Below are positions 9,601 through 14,949 of a DNA stretch of 55,860 nucleotides, piece after piece. Both the position numbers and the translations under genes were made by a program. The DNA comes from Egibacteraceae bacterium (lineage in GTDB: Bacteria; Actinomycetota; Nitriliruptoria; Euzebyales; Egibacteraceae). Under the pieces are notes generated by a model, which saw only the letters and a list, made by a program, of their open reading frames with translations, did not search any database and had not been told where the DNA came from. Every line of letters starts with the position of its first letter. Position 1 is the first letter of the stretch. The stretch covers positions 1 to 55,860 of the forward strand of contig JBOGEA010000001.1 of NCBI GenBank assembly GCA_050743205.1. Reading direction: 5' to 3'.

Positions 9601-10036
9601 TGGCCGGGAGCTGCACGCCATCGACCTGGTGGCGGGCGGGCCCGGCTCGCGCGACCAGGGCGACGCGGGCGCGGCGCTGGACCCGGACGCGCGGCGGGCC
9701 TACCGGCGCCGCATCGCCGACCTGGACGAGGAGATCGAGGAGGCCCGCCGCTTCGGCGACCTGGAGCGCGCCGCCTCCAGGGAGTCCGAGCGCGACTTCG
9801 TCCAGCGGGAGCTGTCAGCCAGCCTCGGCCTGGCCGGCCGTGACCGCATCGCCGCGTCGCACGCCGAGCGCGCCCGCCTCAACGTCACCCGCGCGCTGCG
9901 CACCACGATCCAGCGCATCGAGGCCGCCGACCCCGCCCTGGGCCGCCACCTCGACGCCACCATCCGCACCGGCACGTTCTGCTCATACACCCCCGACCCC
10001 CGCGCCCCCGTCGACTGGCACTGCACCCCCGGCTAG
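6614..10036 (+). CDS. Large AAA/STAND-like ATPase with TPR-like helical repeats and a C-terminal winged-helix-like region (LAL/MalT-like putative regulator)
   Basis: FLGRHSELRLMRAAF...LLLSGDAGIGKTRLAEEL (Walker A), LVLIFDDLH (Walker B), long helical repeats, and C-terminal EYWTVQFESRTTRLRHTKGLRYLAELLIRPGRELHAIDL. The start codon (TTG) is uncertain. Confidence 0.75.
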   Translation: MIEPTAGQPAQNGASASAFLGRHSELRLMRAAFAEAEAGQRRFLLLSGDAGIGKTRLAEELAQRARSEGALVVWGRCWEGGGAPAYWPWMQILRVLTSAQSAPEVADLTGPGVPARRELLSHLGQAEGTGKGEAATGRSLGEGLGLQSETARFLLFDAVTTFLAELAQLRPLVLIFDDLHAADQPSLLMLRFLTRERRDSRILVIGTYRSAEAHRTAGVSDLITALGREGRLLRLGGLKRADVGAFIRGATGAVPADGLVRLVHRTTEGNPFFLDAVARLLDAQVRDGQELGVGRGLRIPDEVRGTIRHRLAPLQQEALDVLAVAATIGREFEVALLHSVCERPMEPLLDLLGEAVAQSVLTEVGERPGRFSFGHALIRDTLYEDLPPARRVALHRRVGEALERLHDPDAYLPQLAHHFFQAVPAGDPKAAISYAQRAGRQALDRLAYEDALIHFERAAEVASTVAIDDAQRCDLLLSMGEAQAKAGDSASARATFERAAQVARGVEDPRRLALAALGCGGLQPPDGYVDTQLDVLLREALDAVGDDDPAMRVRLLGRRAVGNYYVWPRLERDAMTAEAVAIARRLDDRGLLAYALNARCYALWGPEDVEVRLDAAGEIVRLAGQAGDAELVLRGHSWRIVALLERADIVAADAEIATFTRVAEQLREPAFLWEAAVFRAMRALLDGRLEDAEQLAGQALRTAQRGDEPEAALYDNSGTRLGPNATLTYNAQLLNLRSHQGRLHEYEDAVRGMVRQYPTLPVWRCVLASLLSETQVTPEVRALFGGLAAKNFGDIPRDGNWLIAMTLLAEVCVRLGDAERAALLRDLLRPYAGRHIVVGAALACRGAMDHYLGMLAATMGSYEEADACFRGALEMYERLGARPYAARARTEWARSLAGRARADDLAAARQLLEQALATYRALGLDRPAEQVAQRLAALGQPPPKPVSAPIAPTRRRSHDAALTREGEYWTVQFESRTTRLRHTKGLRYLAELLIRPGRELHAIDLVAGGPGSRDQGDAGAALDPDARRAYRRRIADLDEEIEEARRFGDLERAASRESERDFVQRELSASLGLAGRDRIAASHAERARLNVTRALRTTIQRIEAADPALGRHLDATIRTGTFCSYTPDPRAPVDWHCTPG

Positions 10037-10043
10037 CCCCAAG

Positions 10044-10155
10044 CGCAGGAAACCGTCAAGTGCAGGAAACCGTCGCATCCGACGGTTTCCTGCACCCAGC
10101 GCGGACACCCGCGCCATTGAAGCGCAGGAAACCGTCAGATCTGACGGTTTCCTGC
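10044..10155. repeat. REP-like cluster: half-site plus two hairpins (10060-10095 and 10124-10155; GCAGGAAACCGTC-n5-GACGGTTTCCTGC)
   Basis: Perfect 13-15-bp inverted arms read directly. The cluster starts 8 nt after the stop of the ATPase gene. Confidence 0.85.
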
Positions 10156-10159
10156 ACTC

Positions 10160-10360
10160 CAGCTCATCAGTGAAGCCGACACCTTGCGTGGTGAGGTGCA
10201 GCCACTGCACGGGCACCAGATCCAGCCCCGGCCTGCCGAGCCGGGCTTGCCAGGCCCGCACCAGCCGGTGCAGGTCGGCCTGGCCGTCGAACGTCAGATG
10301 CCAGGTGTACAGCCGCCACCCAGGACGCCATCCCGGCCGCCACCACCAGTGGTCGCGCAT
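10160..10360 (-). pseudogene. N-terminal fragment of a 2H-phosphoesterase / 2'-5' RNA ligase-family gene, truncated at the REP cluster
   Basis: LYTWHLTFDGQADLHRLVRAWQARL...VQWLHLTTQGVGF resembles the first H-x-T/S lobe of such proteins. The reading frame then runs into the hairpins. Confidence 0.4.
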
Positions 10361-10439
10361 CCGCTCCGCATGCAGGCCCTGCCCATCCCTGGGGTGTCAC
10401 AGCTTCTGCGCTCAGCGCTCCCTGCCGGTGCACCGTCGC

Positions 10440-10935
10440 CGGGCTTACGGGTCCAGCAGCTCGTGCAGCGCCGTGGCCAGGTCGCGTCCGCGAGCGAAGC
10501 CCCGCACGGCGATAGATTCGAGGGGGCAGCGGCGGCCAACGCTCGCTCGCCTTCGTCGGCTACGACGACCAACGCCCGGAGATCGACGCTGTCCTGGGGC
10601 CGGTGATCGTCATCGCGTGCCAGCAGCTTGAGGGCGATGAGATGACCTGTCCCGCGCGACCGGCGCCGTCAGGTCAGGCAGCACCTCCAACGGCTCCGCG
10701 GCGGCGGCGATCTCGGGCTCGATTCCGACGAGGCGAACAGCAGATCGACGACATTAGCGTCTTCGCCGGGCGGCCTCAGCCGGACGGTGGCCAGCCTCCC
10801 TACAGCGGCCTGCTCAACAGCGGCGTCAACCCCGAACCCGGCACCGATGAGCGAGCGCACAAGCTGTTCGGCATCACGGTCGTCCCGAACCGCCACCGCG
10901 AGGTCAACATCGCGGGTGAAGCGGGCTCGCTTCAC
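10440..10935 (-). pseudogene. Nucleotidyltransferase-family gene with at least three frame changes
   Basis: Homology continues across three frames: FTRDVDLAVAVRDDRDAEQLV...VVDLLFASS / GIEPEIAAAAEPLEVLPDLTAPVA / GHLIALKLLARDDDHRPQDSVDLRALVVVADEGERA / ...RGFARGRDLATALHELLDP. Confidence 0.6.
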
Positions 10936-11026
10936 ACCGACACTGCGAGACCACCCACCAATGCACAGGGCGCGCCGAGACCACGGAGCTCAGTGACGAT
11001 CCTGCTGAGCGCCCAACCGAGCCCGG

Positions 11027-11224
11027 TCACGCGCCCGGCAACGTGCGAAGTGGTCCGGGGCAGTCTCCCTCCCGGCGGTTGATCCAGTCGCGCAGCAGTT
11101 GCTCAACCCGCTCGGGGGATGCGTCAGGGTACCGACGACGCAGGTTCTGACGCATCAGGCTGACCCCGACATCAGCGAGGTCGAGCGCCACTCGCAGCCG
11201 CTGCGCCAATACCGCATCAACCAT
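11027..11224 (-). CDS. Small helical protein (66 aa), upstream partner of the nucleotidyltransferase
   Basis: MVDAVLAQRLRVALDLADVGVSLMRQNLRRRYPDASPERVEQLLRDWI. This kind of protein commonly precedes nucleotidyltransferase genes in actinomycetes. The Met at 11224 was chosen inside the longer ORF. Confidence 0.55.
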   Translation of the reverse strand: MVDAVLAQRLRVALDLADVGVSLMRQNLRRRYPDASPERVEQLLRDWINRREGDCPGPLRTLPGA

Positions 11225-11465
11225 CCCGGCAGTGTACTTCGCCCCGTCCCGGGCCAGCGCGATGTGCTGTCCAGCGCCTCGCGCAGCCGCGCCTGAGTCT
11301 GATCGAGCGAGCGCGTCGACCGCGTGGCCTTGGCGCACAGAGGGGGATTCGAGGCCAAGAGCCCCGCGTCGGTCTGCATTCAATGAGGCACAGGCAAGCC
11401 GGTGGGGGAGCGTGTGCGCGTCCTGTCACAGGCAGGACGGATCCGATGGTCTCGGGTGGGGACCC

Positions 11466-11702
11466 TCAGGCAGCCTCGGGCTGGTTCCAGTGGATCTGGG
11501 CGGATTCAGCGCCGCTGGCCAGCAGCTGGTTGAAGAGCGCGTCGAGGCGCTTCGCGACATCCATCGTGAGCCAGATCTCGCCGCAGGCCGAGCACTGCTC
11601 AACGGGTACGTCGAGCACGACCGCTGTGTGGCCGTCTCGTTCAGCGAGCCGGGCCCGGCATGCCGGAAGCCGCTCACCGTTGTCGCAGCGTTCGCAGCGC
11701 AT
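11466..11702 (-). CDS. YgiT-type zinc-finger protein (MqsA-like antitoxin N-domain)
   Basis: MRCERCDNGE...VEQCSACGEIWLTMDVAKRLDALF has two CxxC pairs with the typical spacing and lies downstream of a DUF4258-like gene. Confidence 0.65.
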   Translation of the reverse strand: MRCERCDNGERLPACRARLAERDGHTAVVLDVPVEQCSACGEIWLTMDVAKRLDALFNQLLASGAESAQIHWNQPEAA

Positions 11703-11990
11703 CAGCGTTGCCCTTCGGCGCAGGTCGGGACTCCATCTGCCAGGGTGAGGCTCGTACACCGTCACGATACGTTCTTCAGTCCGCTCGTGGTCCACGATAA
11801 CCACGACATTCAGGTGGGCGTCTCCAGCCGATCACGAGCAGCAGCTCTTTGAGCTGGGTGCAATCGATCTGATGCTCCTCGATGACCTCTCCAGAGGCGA
11901 GCAATCGTTCGAACTCACCGAGGGTCATGTCGATTGACCGGATCTTGTCGAAGACGTGAGCCGTGAGCCGTGAGTACGACGGGGACAGGT
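11703..11990 (-). pseudogene. DUF4258-like toxin gene, one apparent frameshift (about 11812-11832), read through in-frame into the zinc-finger ORF
   Basis: LTAHVFDKIRSIDMTLGEFERLLASGEVIEEH...KELLLVIG, then in another frame GDAHLNVVVIVDHERTEERIVTVYEPHPGRW (the DUF4258 pattern). No clear start codon was found. Confidence 0.55.
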
Positions 11991-12298
11991 CTCGGGGGCA
12001 GGCGTCGAGGTCCTCGGTGGGGAGTACTGGAGCGGGTTCGTCCACACGTCTGGTCTGACGAAGAAGGCGTGTGGGACGAAGAGCGGGTGCATAGCAGGCA
12101 CCCAGCGTGTCGAGGTGTCGAGGATCACCTGGCCCATCCGGGTGCATTCACAGTGACCCGGGATCGTGGACGCGGCCCTGACGGGCCGCTGTGGTTGGTC
12201 CGACACCTTTTGGCATCAGTCGATATCTGGGGGAAGCGGCGGGCTCCGCCACCACGCATGTCCCATGAGCGAGCGGTCTGCCAGCGCGATGAGGTGAC

Positions 12299-13132
12299 AT
12301 GGCAACGGATGTGAAGTACAGTGTGAACCTGATGGCTAGCGTGCTGCGGAACCCCTACCCCGAGGTGCCTTTGCCGGAGGCTCCCCTCGCCCTCGTGCTG
12401 TGCCAGATCCGGTTCCCCGATACTCCTGCGCTCGTGGACCGAGTTGTCCTGGGCCGTATCAAAGAGGGCTTGCATGACTTGTTCCCGGTCATGCGGTCAG
12501 AAGAAAACGCCTCATTCGCTGTGTCGATGGCTCCGGGCAACCCCCCGCAGATCGCGGCGAACCGCGAACCCGTGACCCGGTTCGAGCAGATTGACAAGTC
12601 GTGGTTCGTCACAGTCAACAACCAGTTTCTTGCTTTGAGTACGACTGCGTACACGTCGCGCAAAGACTTCATTGCGCGACTCCGGGATGTGCTTGCCGTT
12701 GTGACGGCACAGGCTGATGTAGGCGTTTGCGACCGGATCGGCGTGCGCTACGTAGACCAGGTCGCGGACGCGGCCGTTCTCAGTGACCTGCCGACCTTCG
12801 TCAACCCGGCGCTCCTCGGGGTTCTTACGCTCGATGCCAGCGACGGCGTCGCTGTCGTCCACGCGCTCACCGAGAGCCTTCTAGACCTGGGTGGGAACAC
12901 GCACCTGCGGTCGCGGTGCGGCGTCGTTCCGCCGGCCACGGCGCTTGATCCCAGCCTTGGGGGCATCGACCAGGCATCCTGGATCCTGGACATCGACGTG
13001 TTCGACTCGACCGCCGTCCCGTTCACTGTCGACCTCGCAGACCGCGCGGAGCAGCTGGCAACGTCGGCCTATCAATTGTTCCGGTGGTCCGTGACCGACA
13101 AATTCATCAGGCACTTCGGGGGAACGTCATGA
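12299..13132 (+). CDS. TIGR04255-like uncharacterised protein (277 aa)
   Basis: The N-terminus YPEVPLPEAPLALVLCQIRFPD matches my memory of the TIGR04255 signature (PL.eav.qirF). This is unverified. Confidence 0.5.
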   Translation: MATDVKYSVNLMASVLRNPYPEVPLPEAPLALVLCQIRFPDTPALVDRVVLGRIKEGLHDLFPVMRSEENASFAVSMAPGNPPQIAANREPVTRFEQIDKSWFVTVNNQFLALSTTAYTSRKDFIARLRDVLAVVTAQADVGVCDRIGVRYVDQVADAAVLSDLPTFVNPALLGVLTLDASDGVAVVHALTESLLDLGGNTHLRSRCGVVPPATALDPSLGGIDQASWILDIDVFDSTAVPFTVDLADRAEQLATSAYQLFRWSVTDKFIRHFGGTS

Positions 13133-13725
13133 TTCAGCTCGCCAACGCTTCAACCGCGGTTTCCCAGAGGCATGAGCGGGATCTTGACTGGTTCGGGCCT
13201 GAGCCCACGTTCAGCGCGCGAACCGCGCGCACTCGCAAGTACCTTGAGTGGGATCATTGCCGTGCTATGACGGTGACGGTCCTAGCCAGGCCGCTCGGCC
13301 GTGACATCCACGTGCGCATTTCGCCAGAACTCCCAGATCTTCCCGACGCTCTGCTCGCTCAGCTCATCGGGGCCATCTCGAGCAGCATCCCGATCAGTCC
13401 GGCAGACCGGCTGCGCGCCATTCATGAGCGATCGAACCTGACCTGGTCACAGCTTGCCCGCCTTTTCGGTGTCAGCCGTCGAGCCGTCCACGCCTGGGTG
13501 GGAGGTAGCCGTATGTCCGCCGCCAACCTCGAACGGCTCGGCCGGGTCGAGCAGTTCGTCAGCGCCTGCTACGAGGCCACTCCGCAGGCCACAAGGGACC
13601 GGCTGTTCTCATCGCCACCTGGTCAGCTGTCGCCGTTCGCGACCCTCCTGGCTGAGATCAGTGAAGCCCGTCCAAGTTCCGAACCGCGCGCTTGGGCAGA
13701 GCGGAATGACGTCGGTGGAGACTGA
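13129..13725 (+). CDS. HTH (XRE-like) domain protein, start overlapping the upstream stop (ATGA)
   Basis: NLTWSQLARLFGVSRRAVHAWVGGSRMSAANLERLGRVEQFV. The ATG at 13129 overlaps the TGA at 13130-13132. Confidence 0.6.
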   Translation: MIQLANASTAVSQRHERDLDWFGPEPTFSARTARTRKYLEWDHCRAMTVTVLARPLGRDIHVRISPELPDLPDALLAQLIGAISSSIPISPADRLRAIHERSNLTWSQLARLFGVSRRAVHAWVGGSRMSAANLERLGRVEQFVSACYEATPQATRDRLFSSPPGQLSPFATLLAEISEARPSSEPRAWAERNDVGGD

Positions 13726-13730
13726 GCGGC

Positions 13731-13952
13731 GTGGTGCTTGACGACTGGCGGCAGGGGGACGTCTTCCAGTACGGCGGTCAAGCCTGGGTCGTGCTGTCTC
13801 GTGCCTGCGACATCGTCAAGCCTGTCGATAAGCGCAGCACGGTCATGTGCGCCTCCTCGTCTGCCAGACCCGCGCCAGGCATGAAGGCCGCGCACCGGCC
13901 GCAGGCCGAGAAGTGCAGGATTCCTCCGGATACGGAGGAATCCTGCAACTGA
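13731..13952 (+). CDS. Short ORF, probably the truncated 5' part of a third gene of the 12299 operon
   Basis: It starts 6 nt after the previous stop. LDDWRQGDVFQYGGQAWVVLSRACDIVKP looks protein-like, and then the frame runs into the REP hairpin at 13914-13947. Confidence 0.25.
   Translation: MVLDDWRQGDVFQYGGQAWVVLSRACDIVKPVDKRSTVMCASSSARPAPGMKAAHRPQAEKCRIPPDTEESCN
13914..13947. repeat. REP-like hairpin (TGCAGGATTCCTCCG-GATA-CGGAGGAATCCTGCA)
   Basis: Perfect 15-bp arms, differing from the 18-51 copy at two paired (compensated) positions. Confidence 0.8.
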
Positions 13953-13999
13953 GCCCGACGTCTACCCGGTACCGGAGTCGTGGAGTGTTGGATCAGCGT

Positions 14000-14392
14000 T
14001 CAGCATATAGTGCAACGGGAATCGGATCTCGCTACGTAAGGAAAGTTGGCATTCTGCTCTCCACCGTCGAGAAAGAAAGCCCGCCCACCCGTCTCACCGC
14101 AGAGGTTCTCGCTCAAGATCAAGTTAAAGTTGGTGTTGTTGATCGCGGAGCGAGTCGGGAATTGTAAGTTTGCACAACCGGGATCAGGCGCTGTTACGAA
14201 CCCTACCGCCGGTATTCCTTGAAAGTTTGGTTCCGGCCAGATGCAGAATTGATCTGCCCCACATTGTGTCTGAGCGAGTGCCAAACTCTGTGTGGGTCCC
14301 GCTACGCCGGATACACCTATGTACGCGATGACCGATAGCAGCAGGACCGCGACCGTGAGCGCACCCACCGGGAGGCTGTGGACTTTCCTCAT
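14000..14392 (-). CDS. Secreted peptidase-inhibitor I36 (SMPI-like) family protein
   Basis: Signal-peptide-like N-terminus (VGALTVAVLLLSVIAYIG), FCIWPEPNFQG, SAINNTNFN and paired cysteines. G+C is visibly lower than in neighbouring sequence. Confidence 0.55.
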   Translation of the reverse strand: MRKVHSLPVGALTVAVLLLSVIAYIGVSGVAGPTQSLALAQTQCGADQFCIWPEPNFQGIPAVGFVTAPDPGCANLQFPTRSAINNTNFNLILSENLCGETGGRAFFLDGGEQNANFPYVARSDSRCTIC

Positions 14393-14477
14393 ATCTTTCT
14401 CCTTCTGTCGTGTTGTCTGCAGGATTTACTTGACAACATGGCGCATGCTGGCTGAGACCCTGGCTTCGTCGCTCTGG

Positions 14478-14891
14478 TTACTCGTCGAGGTGAAGGCAGA
14501 CGCCCATGAGTTTGCCCAGGAGTTTGCCGATGGTTGAGTTGCGCAGCGGTTTGGTGTGGAAGCGGAACGACCAGCCTTTGGCGGGGTCGCGCTCGAGTGT
14601 GATCTCGGCGTGGAAGGCCAGCAGGACCAGCGCCCCGATCGCGAGGGTCGCCGGGTCGGCGCGCTGACCGGCTGGCGGCGCGACGGCGATGGCCTGCTCG
14701 ACCAGTTGTCTGGTGTCGGCGTCGCGGCGGGCGAGGTGCGCAAGCGCTGTGCGGGCCAGCGCCCCTGGGGTCGCGGCCGGGTCGGGCGTGGCGAGGTTGG
14801 CGAGGTCGGGTTGGGAGAGCGCCTCGCGCAGCAGTAGCTGAGTCTGATCGAGCGTGAGCGCGTCGACCGCGTGGCCTTGGCGCTCAAGCAC
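14478..14891 (-). CDS. Hypothetical 137-aa protein immediately downstream of CHAT-STAND copy A
   Basis: GTG start 59 nt after the copy-A stop. The helical N-terminus is AVDALTLDQTQLLLREALSQPDLANLA, there is one hydrophobic segment (LAIGALVLLAF), and the C-terminus is GWSFRFHTKPL. Confidence 0.55.
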   Translation of the reverse strand: MLERQGHAVDALTLDQTQLLLREALSQPDLANLATPDPAATPGALARTALAHLARRDADTRQLVEQAIAVAPPAGQRADPATLAIGALVLLAFHAEITLERDPAKGWSFRFHTKPLRNSTIGKLLGKLMGVCLHLDE

Positions 14892-14949
14892 GAGCTGCAG
14901 CGCCCGCCGCTGCGTGCTGATCGGACAGGTCGGCTATCTGCTCGTCGAG

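Noticed and set aside
6278-9616. 1112-aa minus-strand ORF, the second-longest in the track
   Set aside because: It is exactly antisense to the ATPase/TPR gene 6614-10036. Its translation is Arg/Gly/Pro/Ala-rich low-complexity sequence with no motifs. It is a typical stop-free shadow frame in high-G+C DNA.
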